A stretch of 64,000 bases of DNA from Candidatus Levybacteria bacterium RIFCSPHIGHO2_02_FULL_40_18 (GTDB taxonomy: Bacteria; Patescibacteriota; Microgenomatia; Levybacterales; GWA1-39-11), in contig MFOC01000002.1 of the NCBI GenBank assembly GCA_001782235.1, forward strand, positions 42,912 through 106,911. The letters run 5' to 3'. Each line of letters opens with the position of its first letter. Position 1 is the stretch's first letter. A model generated the notes under the pieces. The model had not been told where the DNA came from and made no database searches. It was given only the letters and a program-made list of their open reading frames with translations. Below are positions 1 to 8,866 of the stretch, piece after piece. Made by a program: the position numbers and the translations under genes.

Positions 1-25
1 ATTTACATTACATGCCCAAGAACAA

Positions 26-322
26 ATGAGAAATCGTGGCATAAAAATGGAGCAGGCTTGGGAAGTCTTCAAGCATCCAATGAGAACAAATATCGGAAAA
101 TACAAAGAGACAAAAGAATTCGAACGTGAATTTGATGACTTTAAAATTACTGTTGTTGCCCACCAAAACAAAAAAAACGAATGGGTTGTTCGATCCGTTT
201 GGCGAAATCCTCCGCTCCCGGGAAGTCCCGATGCCAAACAGGAAGAAACCTGGAAAAGATATAAAAAAGCAGGGTTCTGGGGTAAAATTTTAATCCAAAT
301 CAAGCAACAACTCGGCCTCTAA
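26..322 (+). CDS. hypothetical small protein (98 aa)
   Basis: Intact ORF. No recognisable motif. Basic and Trp-rich. Confidence 0.3.
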   Translation: MRNRGIKMEQAWEVFKHPMRTNIGKYKETKEFEREFDDFKITVVAHQNKKNEWVVRSVWRNPPLPGSPDAKQEETWKRYKKAGFWGKILIQIKQQLGL

Positions 323-483
323 TTTTCTGTCTTAGAAATGCGGGGATTTTATAGACAGAACCCGCTTGTAGCTTCAATTTCCCTTATCAAGCACCGCTTA
401 ATAATAGGTATTCTTATGTCTCCAATAAGAATTTAACAGGAAATAAGAAAAAAGTCAAAACCTGTTGAGAATATCTACCGAGA

Positions 484-1017
484 TTATCTTGACCCAAACA
501 GAAGCAAACTCGCTACTGAAAGTATTAAAACGAAGGCTAACATTAGAAATGCAAGCTGCAATATTAATGCATATAGGCCTGAGTGAGGAGAAAAATCAGC
601 GTAAAGTTTGCTATCTTCCTTGACGGTTTCGTTATATTCATCAAAACTTATAAAAGCTTTTGACCACAACTTCTCACCCTTGCTTTCTCTTTCAGCTCCA
701 TTGAAAAAATATTTTATATCAATAGCTATCTGAACAATTCCACTAAGCAATGAAACCAGTAAAAAAATCCAGGACAAAAACAATAATATTCTTTCTGCTT
801 CAGATAAAGTTTTAATTTCTATAAATAATGGAGATGTAAAAGTAAAAAGAAAAATTGCAAATGTAAATAAAAGGTTTCTGAAAGCTGCCTCTGTTTTGTT
901 TACCTCCTCGTTGTATAAGTTAGCTCTAATAAAATGTCTCTCTTTTGAACTCGTGCGAAGTTCTTCTATGAGTATTCTTATTTTCTGCTCGTTCTTCTTC
1001 TTTTGTTCGTTATCCAT
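484..1017 (-). CDS. hypothetical membrane protein (N-terminal charged/coiled-coil region, 2 TM + C-terminal TM)
   Basis: Hydrophobic segments FRNLLFTFAIFLFTF, ILLFLSWIFLLVSLLSGIV and C-terminal LYALILQLAFLMLAFVLIL. Same architecture as ORF 1540..2163. Confidence 0.4.
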   Translation of the reverse strand: MDNEQKKKNEQKIRILIEELRTSSKERHFIRANLYNEEVNKTEAAFRNLLFTFAIFLFTFTSPLFIEIKTLSEAERILLFLSWIFLLVSLLSGIVQIAIDIKYFFNGAERESKGEKLWSKAFISFDEYNETVKEDSKLYADFSPHSGLYALILQLAFLMLAFVLILSVASLLLFGSR

Positions 1018-1247
1018 TATTATTTTCCTGCTCTCCGTTATTTATGAGTCCACCTATATCCTCTGGTAGCTGATCCGGAGAAGTAGGAATTGTAGCACCT
1101 TTCTCTACTTTATCCCGCTTTTTTTCTTCATCATTATTCATCTCAGCAAATAATACCATAACATACCACTAACCACAATCTAATATAAAGACTTTTACTA
1201 AAAATGCGGCTAGTTTTAACACTCTTCCATGTGTGGTATAATTAGGC

Positions 1248-1550
1248 ATGGATTATAAAGAAACTCTGAAAGAAGTTGTTAAGGTTCACCAACAAGTATC
1301 GCACTTGTATCCGCCACGCCAAATCCCTTCTTATCATTTGCCACAAGGGGCGGGAACTTACATAGACGCTATTGCAAAGGCAAGGGAAAACGCAAGAACA
1401 CAAAATGACATAAATAGATACTTAGTCGCAGAACTTTTCTTTAAGGACTTTATTGACCCCACCGGAGAATATGAAACAACAAAAGCCTTCAATGCGCTTG
1501 AAAAGAAGCTAAAGGAAAACCCACTGTATCGTGGCTGGGTTAAGGTTTAG
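1248..1550 (+). CDS. hypothetical soluble protein (100 aa)
   Basis: Intact ORF between two similar membrane-protein genes. 3' end overlaps the convergent ORF 1540..2163 by 11 nt. Confidence 0.3.
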   Translation: MDYKETLKEVVKVHQQVSHLYPPRQIPSYHLPQGAGTYIDAIAKARENARTQNDINRYLVAELFFKDFIDPTGEYETTKAFNALEKKLKENPLYRGWVKV

Positions 1551-2163
1551 CTACATCCAACCCAAATCTAACTCCCTCAAATTGAAGGCTTACAAAGTGG
1601 AGTATTAAAAAGAGTAAAGATATTAAGAACAATGTCTTAAAAATATTTTCTACTCTATCATGGTTTAAATGGAAAAATTTTAATACCTTATATGTGAATG
1701 TCTTCTTGTAAGCATCTTCTCTCTCTTTCAGATGTGGTTCAACTACTTCTTTTTCGGTTTTAACAGTTTCATCTTTCCATAATTCCCTAGACCACCAATA
1801 GTGTTTCATTTCTTGTTCATAATCCCACTCCTGTGATTGGTAATCAGCCTGCGTAGCTATATTTTGCAACCAGATACCAAAGAATAAACTAAACAAAATA
1901 GAGCAAATTCCAAGCGTAAGCCAAATTGTAGCTTCCTGTGGATTTGCAAATATCACTATCGCCGTAAGAATTACACCTTCCAATGTAATGAGTTGTGTTA
2001 TTGATGAAGAATGTTTTTCAGATAATTTTTCGGACTTTTCCGCATGCTTCTCTAGAAACCGTTCATGTCTTGCTTTTTCCTGCTCTATATTCCTCCGGTT
2101 GATAGGGTCTAGTTGTTTCTTTAAGAAATTTTCTAAGTCTTTTTTTAAGTCTTCATTGCTCAT
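1540..2163 (-). CDS. hypothetical membrane protein (coiled-coil N-terminus, 2 TM, linker, C-terminal TM)
   Basis: Lys/Glu-rich N-terminus, then ITQLITLEGVILTAIVIFA and IWLTLGICSILFSLFFGIWL helices and C-terminal LFLISLLFLILHFVSL. Architecture resembles ORF 484..1017. Confidence 0.4.
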   Translation of the reverse strand: MSNEDLKKDLENFLKKQLDPINRRNIEQEKARHERFLEKHAEKSEKLSEKHSSSITQLITLEGVILTAIVIFANPQEATIWLTLGICSILFSLFFGIWLQNIATQADYQSQEWDYEQEMKHYWWSRELWKDETVKTEKEVVEPHLKEREDAYKKTFTYKVLKFFHLNHDRVENIFKTLFLISLLFLILHFVSLQFEGVRFGLDVAKP

Positions 2164-2308
2164 GGTGCCTTAAACATTATATTATATCCAAATCTGTAGC
2201 TCAATCATTCTCCATGTCGCACAACATTGCTATTGCGACATAGTTTTGAGGCTAAATGTTGCTCCTGGAAATTGTCTCGTGCGTAAATGCTCTACTATAA
2301 GATATAAG

Positions 2309-2719
2309 TTAGTTATAGCTTCTGAAGATTATTTCAAACTGATTTTTATACGCTTCGAATATAATTTTTGCCCTTTGAAATAAATCGTTCTGGCCCAATA
2401 TACATTTATAAGGCGCGGCGGCTTCAATAATCCCCATACTTAATGTAAATTCATGATCATAAATCTCTGCTTTTAGCCCATTGAATCTGTGAGATCGAAA
2501 TGATCCGCCAATAGAAAGACCGTGCGATACAGGAATCTTGTTCCATTTGATGCTTAAAGCGTCGGCAATAACTGTAGATATCACAGCACCTGTTGCACCT
2601 GAATCAACGAGAGCAAAAGTGGAAAATTCATGTTTTCCATTTTTAAATGTTATGGGTAAAAGTGGGGCAAGGACTATTTTGTCCTTAAAATCAGGTAATG
2701 GGCTATAAGGTACTACCAT
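2309..2719 (-). CDS. retropepsin-like (clan AA) aspartic protease
   Basis: Active-site motif ALVDSGATGAVIS (D-S-G-A) at the expected N-terminal position. ~135 aa, single-domain size typical of bacterial/archaeal retropepsin-like proteases. Confidence 0.6.
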   Translation of the reverse strand: MVVPYSPLPDFKDKIVLAPLLPITFKNGKHEFSTFALVDSGATGAVISTVIADALSIKWNKIPVSHGLSIGGSFRSHRFNGLKAEIYDHEFTLSMGIIEAAAPYKCILGQNDLFQRAKIIFEAYKNQFEIIFRSYN

Positions 2720-2924
2720 GCGTTAGAATGAAACCCACGAAATTGGAGTATGATTCACCCGCAGGAAAGTAGTAAACTTTTTCTTTAAATTCTTTTGATT
2801 TTTTTATTGCTTCATTAAGGGTTTTACCCCACAAAATTACTCTCTTATGATCTTGTGAAATTCCTACCCATCCATCTTTATACCTTTTAAGTAGGTTTAC
2901 AAAATTGATCTTATTTTGTTTCAT
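2703..2924 (-). CDS. small hypothetical protein (73 aa), partner of the retropepsin-like protease
   Basis: Overlaps the downstream protease gene by 17 nt, implying translational coupling. No motif recognised. Confidence 0.35.
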   Translation of the reverse strand: MKQNKINFVNLLKRYKDGWVGISQDHKRVILWGKTLNEAIKKSKEFKEKVYYFPAGESYSNFVGFILTHGSTL

Positions 2925-2977
2925 AGAATTATTATATCATCTTTCTACAAGAGTTGAAAAATCAAACGAGTTGATAA

Positions 2978-4063
2978 TTAGTTCTTCTGGCGGAGGAAGG
3001 CGGGGATGTCAAAAATTGACTCTTCTTCTTGTGGAGGGGTCGCCGAAATAGGCTCTCCATTTTCACCCGCTTCTTCCGGCTTTTCCACTAATTCTTGAAG
3101 TCTCTTCCTTGATTCGTCAAAGCCGGTAGCAATAACTGTTATGCGAATTTGGTCATGAAGATTCTCATCAATTGTTGCGCCAAAAATAATGTTTGCGTCA
3201 GGATCCGCAGCGGATGCAATAATCTTTGATGCCTCATTAACTTCTGCCATGGAAAGATCTGTTCCCCCGATAATATTGTAAAGCACTCCGCGTGCGCCTT
3301 CCATTGAAACCTCAAGGAGTGGAGATGCGGTTGCTTGACGCGCGGCAAGTTGTGCCCTGTTTTCACCAACTCCGATTCCAATACCCATTAACGCAGACCC
3401 TGCATCCGTCATAACGGTCTTAACATCTGCAAAATCAACGTTAATTAACCCCGGAATGGTTATTAAATCGGAGATACCCTGAACACCGTGGGTAAGAACA
3501 GAATCTGCTACCTTAAAAGCTTCAAGCAATGACAATTTTTTATCTATTACCTCAAGAATTCGCTGATTCGGAATAACAATTAGAGTATCCACCTTCTCCT
3601 TGATCTGTTCTATCCCTTCTTCTGCCGCGACCATGCGTCGAGTTCCCTCAAACAAAAATGGTTTTGTAACAACCGAAACAGTAAGTGCCCCTATCTCTTT
3701 GGCAACCTCGGCAATTATAGGAGTGGCACCTGTTCCCGTTCCGCCCCCCATTCCGGCTGCCAAGAATACCATGTCTGTACCTTCAAGCATCTCTTTTATT
3801 TTCTCGCGAGATTCTTCAGCGGCTTTTTGCCCGATTTCAGGATCCCCTCCTGATCCAAGACCCCGAGTCAAATTCTCACCAATTTGGATTTTCACATTTG
3901 CCTGGTTATTTAAAAGGGCTTGGGCATCGGTATTTATAGACATAAACTCAACACCTCTTATTTGTCCTTCAGAGATCATTGAATTTATGGCATTTGATCC
4001 ACCACCACCAATACCAATTACGCGGATTCTAGCAAAAGAAGTAGTTTGAGGCTTAATTAACAT
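2978..4063 (-). CDS. ftsZ: cell division GTPase FtsZ
   Basis: Tubulin/FtsZ signatures [11 protein letters not shown] and GGGTGTG. Terminal position of the dcw cluster. Confidence 0.95.
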   Translation of the reverse strand: MLIKPQTTSFARIRVIGIGGGGSNAINSMISEGQIRGVEFMSINTDAQALLNNQANVKIQIGENLTRGLGSGGDPEIGQKAAEESREKIKEMLEGTDMVFLAAGMGGGTGTGATPIIAEVAKEIGALTVSVVTKPFLFEGTRRMVAAEEGIEQIKEKVDTLIVIPNQRILEVIDKKLSLLEAFKVADSVLTHGVQGISDLITIPGLINVDFADVKTVMTDAGSALMGIGIGVGENRAQLAARQATASPLLEVSMEGARGVLYNIIGGTDLSMAEVNEASKIIASAADPDANIIFGATIDENLHDQIRITVIATGFDESRKRLQELVEKPEEAGENGEPISATPPQEEESIFDIPAFLRQKN

Positions 4064-4124
4064 GGCTATCAGTAATTAAGCCCATCCTATCACAAAACTA
4101 AAATCAATGCAAGGACAACTCGGA

Positions 4125-4670
4125 TTATTGTTGCGACGTAACTTCGAGGATATCTGGATGCTCGCTATTATCAAACTCAAGAAATATTTCGGAGAGAGCC
4201 TTATGTCCTGGCCAAGGTGAGACTTTTCCATAACCCACAGAAGCTAATGATTCTTTTTGTGATTTTGGTTCTCCTGTAAGAAGACCATAACGTTCAATTA
4301 CTATTGCTAAGTATTGTGGCTTTCTTCGCCTGTGATCGCTCTGAGAAAATATATTATGAAGAACCCTTCCTGCCTTAGCAATATCTTCTGGTGTATTAAG
4401 GTGAAACCTTAGCTCATAATCGGTATAGTCGGAACTGAATGCGTCTTCAAAGAGCTTCCTGTAGCCTTTACTTACTCTCTCGACAAGTTCTGGAGGTACG
4501 CGCAGTAGAATACGGTCAGCCAAACTTTGATAATGTGCAGCTTCTTGTGCTTTTTCTTGGGCAATTTTTGCTTCATCTTTTTGAATTAATGCGCCTTCAA
4601 AGGAAGCAACGTGTGCCCTGAAAGATTCTTCTTGCCCCTTTTGAATATCTATCTCAAACCTTGAAACCAT
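4125..4670 (-). CDS. hypothetical cytoplasmic protein (181 aa) encoded between ftsA and ftsZ
   Basis: Intact ORF, 43 nt after the ftsA stop and 61 nt before the ftsZ start, same strand. No TM segment and no recognised domain. Confidence 0.5.
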   Translation of the reverse strand: MVSRFEIDIQKGQEESFRAHVASFEGALIQKDEAKIAQEKAQEAAHYQSLADRILLRVPPELVERVSKGYRKLFEDAFSSDYTDYELRFHLNTPEDIAKAGRVLHNIFSQSDHRRRKPQYLAIVIERYGLLTGEPKSQKESLASVGYGKVSPWPGHKALSEIFLEFDNSEHPDILEVTSQQ

Positions 4671-4713
4671 AATTACGGATATATTATAAGTATCTTTATC
4701 CCCTTGTCAATTG

Positions 4714-6054
4714 TTATTTGGGGAGGAAAGTCTTGAGTAGTTTTGTGATGGAACCGAATATGCCGCGGGTGAAGTTGAGATTGAGAGGACGCAGAATTCC
4801 GTCCAAAAACGAACCTTCTTCTTGACCCTGAAAACCTTTAGCAAAGAATAGAAGCCCAACAGATGTTGCAAAGCTCGGGTTTTCAATGTCATCAATTAAA
4901 CCCGTAACATTAGCAGGTATTCCTACTCGAACAGGCATTGACAACATTCTTTTCGCCGATTCCTCGGCACCGGCGGTCCTTGCCCCGCCTCCCGTAATTA
5001 CAACTCCGGCCGGAGTCTGCGTGGCAAAGCCGCTTTTCTTGAGTTCTATCCCAACCATAGTAAATAATTCATTAAGTCTTGGTTTTATTATTCCGTCCAC
5101 AAGTGTTTTCTGAGAAACTTTTTTTAAGTCTTCAATCAAATGAAGCCCTGCAAGATCTATATCATCGCTTGATCCCTCTTCCCCACTGGGCCGGAGACCC
5201 TCCCTCCGGGCAGAACCCTCTGGGGCGGCGTCTGGGCCGGTGGCTTCTTTGCTTTTCTTCCCGTACTTTCTTGAAAGATAGAGTTTAATCTTTTCAGCGC
5301 TTTCAAGCGATATTCGAAGCCCAATAGCAAGATCATTTGTGATGTGGCGAGCACCAATCGGTATAACAGACGAATAAGATAGCGCCCCTTCAACATAAAT
5401 ACAAATATTTGTAATTCCGGCGCCAATATCAACTAGAATTGCTCCCAGTTCCCTTTCGGTTTCTGTAAGAACGGCCAATGAGGAAGCAAGTCCTGAAAAT
5501 ACAACCGATGAGACGCCTACTCCGGCTTCCTGTTCAAGAACTCTTTGGACATTTTTAACCGAGACGGAATTCGCAGTAATTATGTGTGTATCCACCTCAA
5601 GTCTCACTCCTGTCATGCCGACAGGATCGCGAATGCCCGTTTCTCCGTCAACAGTAAATGTTTTTGGAAGGACGTGAAGAATACTAGTTGTAGAGGGCGT
5701 TGAAATAGCGCCAGCCGCCTCAAGGACTCTTTGAACATCCTGAGGGCCTATCTCCCCAGAGGGCTGAGAAATTGCAACAATTCCTTTTGAATTCTGACTT
5801 AATATGTAAACTCCTGACAATGAAACAAAAACGCGATCAACAGAATATCCTGCCATGCGTTCGGCTTGATCAAGCGAAGCATTAATTGAAGAAGAAGCTT
5901 CCTCTATGTCAACTATCTGCCCTTTCCTTATTCCTCTCGCCGGAACTTCTGAAACTCCCAAAATATTAATACCGTCTTCTTGCAACTGACCGACGATGGC
6001 TGCAACCTTTGAGGATCCTATGTCTACTCCTACGACGATTTGTGAATCAGCCAT
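4714..6054 (-). CDS. ftsA: cell division protein FtsA (actin-like ATPase) with a low-complexity insertion
   Basis: N-terminus VVGVDIGSSKVAAIVG (actin fold phosphate-1) with conserved FtsA architecture. Sits immediately upstream of ftsZ. Contains a GC-rich insert encoding EATGPDAAPEGSARREGLRPSGEEGSSDD. Confidence 0.9.
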   Translation of the reverse strand: MADSQIVVGVDIGSSKVAAIVGQLQEDGINILGVSEVPARGIRKGQIVDIEEASSSINASLDQAERMAGYSVDRVFVSLSGVYILSQNSKGIVAISQPSGEIGPQDVQRVLEAAGAISTPSTTSILHVLPKTFTVDGETGIRDPVGMTGVRLEVDTHIITANSVSVKNVQRVLEQEAGVGVSSVVFSGLASSLAVLTETERELGAILVDIGAGITNICIYVEGALSYSSVIPIGARHITNDLAIGLRISLESAEKIKLYLSRKYGKKSKEATGPDAAPEGSARREGLRPSGEEGSSDDIDLAGLHLIEDLKKVSQKTLVDGIIKPRLNELFTMVGIELKKSGFATQTPAGVVITGGGARTAGAEESAKRMLSMPVRVGIPANVTGLIDDIENPSFATSVGLLFFAKGFQGQEEGSFLDGILRPLNLNFTRGIFGSITKLLKTFLPK

Positions 6055-6160
6055 AAAATTTAGAACAATAGTTAAAATAGCTGAATAGTTAAATAGTTTT
6101 AGCTATGTAACCATTCTAACTATGTAGCTATTTGCTCTTGTTCTTATACTATTATATGTG

Positions 6161-6595
6161 CTAGAATTTTACAATAGGCTGCTCAAACCGAAGATCTATA
6201 AGTACGGGCTTTTTATTTTCTATCGTAAGTTTGTTAAGAATCAATTCCAAAGACACAACCTGCCATTTAGCATCGCGAGTTTTTGCGAAATAAACTTTAG
6301 GTCCATCTTTAACCTGACCTATAAATAAACTTGATGCGGAACTTTCAACTAAATATTCCGTAATAATATTTTTGTCGGATAAGATCTTGGACAAATCTTC
6401 GCGGGTTGCAAATTCTGAAACCGGCTTTATAATAGCATCTTTTTGTTCGCTTGAAAACTTAAGAAGCGGAAACAGATTTTTAACTGAAAGAGAGAGCAAT
6501 ATGCCGGCCGAAATTGCTAAAGCTGCGATCAATAAAGCAAAAATTGTCTTTTTAATATTCCTTCTAACTTTTCTTTTCACCATAAACCCCTTCAA
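6161..6595 (-). CDS. FtsQ/DivIB-like cell division protein (short, single N-terminal TM)
   Basis: Basic N-terminus, one TM (IFALLIAALAISAGILLSL), then a small extracytoplasmic domain. Occupies the canonical ftsQ slot between murG and ftsA. Only 144 aa, so assignment rests on position and topology. Confidence 0.45.
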   Translation of the reverse strand: MKGFMVKRKVRRNIKKTIFALLIAALAISAGILLSLSVKNLFPLLKFSSEQKDAIIKPVSEFATREDLSKILSDKNIITEYLVESSASSLFIGQVKDGPKVYFAKTRDAKWQVVSLELILNKLTIENKKPVLIDLRFEQPIVKF

Positions 6596-7676
6596 CTACA
6601 TCTGCTATTCGCTGGGCTGCGTCTTTTATTACAAACTCGCGTACGTTTTCCATATTATTTTTGTATCTTTCTTGATCTTTAAACATATTTCGAACCATAT
6701 CTAAAATTTTTTTTGGCACTGCATCATTCTCTTCTACGTACTCGCTTACGCCAAGATTCTTCAGGAATTTTGCATTCTCAAGCTGCTCGAGATTTTGTCC
6801 ATGAGGAAGTGGAATAAGTAAGCTCATTTTCTGCGTTGCCATAATCTCAAATATAATATTTGCTCCCGACCGCGAAATAATAAGATCGGCTCTTCTCAAT
6901 ACGTCTCCTATCTCGCGTGGATAAATAAACTTCTTAAGGATATATCTTTTCGCAAGATTCTGCGGTAGAGCTAGTTTTTTATGCGAAAGTTTTTCAAAGT
7001 CACGAAACTTAAGACTATCACCGGTTTGATGGATTATTGCGAAATCGCGGAGTAAATCTTCAAGAATGTCATAAATCACGGAATTTATAAAATGAGAGCC
7101 GGTACTGCCTCCGGTAACGTATATCACCCTACCCTCTGGAATTGAAATTTCACCCTTGGACTCAAAAATCTCAATTCTAACAGGATTACCGGTCATTACA
7201 ACTTTATGGGCGGGGAAAAAATTGGCCGAGCTTTTAAATGATACGCATATCTTCCTTGAGAACCTACCTACTATTCTGCTTGCGAGTCCTGCTTTTTGCG
7301 TTTGTTCATGCAAAACTACCGGGATACCCAAGAATTGTGCCGCCAAAGATATTGGAAGGCCAATGTATCCGCCAAAAGTTAAAACTATATTGGGTTTTGC
7401 TTCGGATAAAATTTTAATCGATGTGAGAAACCCAATCGGAGCTTTGAGAAGGGATGTAATAGTATAGGCAGTAAATTTTCTCTGAAAGCGACCGGTTTTT
7501 ATTTCATAAAATGGAAGATTTTCCTCTTTGGCGATTGCGTACTCAAGACTTTCGGTTTTATCACCCTCAAAGGGATAACGACGACCGGCGATTATTACTT
7601 CATGTCTTCGCGCGCCAAGCTCTTTAATTAAGCTATATGCAGGGGAAAAATGTCCCCCCGTAATTAGTACTTTCAT
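6564..7676 (-). CDS. murG: UDP-GlcNAc:lipid I N-acetylglucosaminyltransferase MurG
   Basis: N-terminal VLITGGHFSPA and C-terminal VTGGSTGSHFIN family-28 glycosyltransferase motifs. dcw position after ftsW. Confidence 0.9.
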   Translation of the reverse strand: MKVLITGGHFSPAYSLIKELGARRHEVIIAGRRYPFEGDKTESLEYAIAKEENLPFYEIKTGRFQRKFTAYTITSLLKAPIGFLTSIKILSEAKPNIVLTFGGYIGLPISLAAQFLGIPVVLHEQTQKAGLASRIVGRFSRKICVSFKSSANFFPAHKVVMTGNPVRIEIFESKGEISIPEGRVIYVTGGSTGSHFINSVIYDILEDLLRDFAIIHQTGDSLKFRDFEKLSHKKLALPQNLAKRYILKKFIYPREIGDVLRRADLIISRSGANIIFEIMATQKMSLLIPLPHGQNLEQLENAKFLKNLGVSEYVEENDAVPKKILDMVRNMFKDQERYKNNMENVREFVIKDAAQRIADVVEGVYGEKKS

Positions 7677-7680
7677 CTTT

Positions 7681-7766
7681 TAGTTTGTAACGTTCGTAAG
7701 GTTCGTAAAGTTCATAAAGTACTCAACTTTACAAACTTTAAAAACTTTATAAACCTTATAAACTAG
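7681..7766. repeat. palindromic intergenic element built of 9-nt units (GTAANGTTC x4 and inverse AAACTTTAN x4), termini TAGTTTGTAA...TTATAAACTAG
   Basis: Read directly between the ftsW stop and murG start. The right-end CTAG contains the ftsW TAG stop. Confidence 0.55.
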
Positions 7767-8833
7767 GTCTTGTGTCTTGCGATATTTAAAAGTATTCCGA
7801 TTGCGATAAAGTTTATAATTAATGACGAGCCGCCGTAAGAAACAAAAGGTAAGGGAACTCCTACCAGTGGAACTAAAATTACTTGGGATGCAAGATTAAC
7901 AAATGCCTGAATACTTATAAAGCTGACTATGCCTGCTCCGAGTAATTTTCCAAAAGTATCTTTAGTATTTTGCGCAATGTAAAAACCTATAATTGTGAGC
8001 ACAATAAAACATCCGATCAGAGCGCTCGCCCCCACAAAACCGGCTTCCTCAGCAAATATTGAAAAAATTGAATCGGTCGTTGATTCAGGTAAATAAGCAT
8101 ATTTTTGGATCGAATTTCCGAAACCAAGACCTGCTAATCCCCCTGAGCCAAGAGCAATTAAAATCTGCTTAATATGATATGGCGCGGAAGAAAGATTCTT
8201 TGAGTCAAAATTTTGAAAAGCAAGCAGTCTTTCAAGTCTATAGGGTGCAATCTTAATTAGTGCAAATATGCTTCCGGTAAGTAACAAAGCTATAAATATC
8301 ATGTCTCGAATTGGCGCTCCAGATAGAAAATATACAATTGTGGCAGTCGCGGCAATTATAAAAGCCGTTCCCAAGTCCGGTTCGATTACTACCAAAAGAA
8401 TTGATAACAGAAGAAGCATTAGAAAAGCCATCAGCCGTCCTTTTTCTCTCTCCGACAACCAAGCAGCAAGGTAAACCGTCAGGGTAATTTTAAGTACTTC
8501 CGACGGCTGGAGAACAATAAATCCTAAATTCAACCAACGATGGGCCCCTTTAAGCTTAAGGCCAATACCGGGGAAAAAAACAAGAATTAAAAGAAATAAA
8601 GATCCAAGCAAAAGAGGCAGGGCTAGTTTGTAATAGTTTTTATAATTAATTTTTGAAATAATAAGACACAAAACAACGCCTAAAATAAACCAAATCGCCT
8701 GGTTTTTAACAAAATAATATTTGTCTCCGATTGACAATAATGCCGTGTATGTAGAGCTTTCGTAGAGGATAAATATGCCAATTAGAGAAAGCGTTACCGA
8801 TGTCAAGAAAACAAGGAGTCCGGATTTTTTCAT
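7763..8833 (-). CDS. ftsW: SEDS-family peptidoglycan polymerase FtsW
   Basis: 10-TM protein with the SEDS conserved region ESTTDSIFSIFAEEAGFVGA. Located between mraY and murG. Confidence 0.85.
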   Translation of the reverse strand: MKKSGLLVFLTSVTLSLIGIFILYESSTYTALLSIGDKYYFVKNQAIWFILGVVLCLIISKINYKNYYKLALPLLLGSLFLLILVFFPGIGLKLKGAHRWLNLGFIVLQPSEVLKITLTVYLAAWLSEREKGRLMAFLMLLLLSILLVVIEPDLGTAFIIAATATIVYFLSGAPIRDMIFIALLLTGSIFALIKIAPYRLERLLAFQNFDSKNLSSAPYHIKQILIALGSGGLAGLGFGNSIQKYAYLPESTTDSIFSIFAEEAGFVGASALIGCFIVLTIIGFYIAQNTKDTFGKLLGAGIVSFISIQAFVNLASQVILVPLVGVPLPFVSYGGSSLIINFIAIGILLNIARHKT

Positions 8834-8866
8834 CTAAAAGAAGTCTATCCTATTTTTGCCCCAAAT

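Noticed and set aside
1988-2173. 61-aa plus-strand ORF overlapping the 5' end of ORF 1540..2163 on the opposite strand.
   Set aside because: Cys/Ser/Phe-rich frame-shadow composition, fully antisense to a better-supported gene.
3139-4049. ORFs 3139..3381(-) and 3600..4049(+) nested inside or antisense to ftsZ. Similar nested ORFs occur at 4439..4621, 4886..5288, 8253..8474, 9177..9476, 11726..12094, 12980..13427, 13897..14549, 14861..15191, 16178..16970, 18012..18354 and many others inside larger genes.
   Set aside because: They overlap, in other frames, genes with strong family signatures. They have low-complexity or frame-shadow composition and are most likely non-coding.
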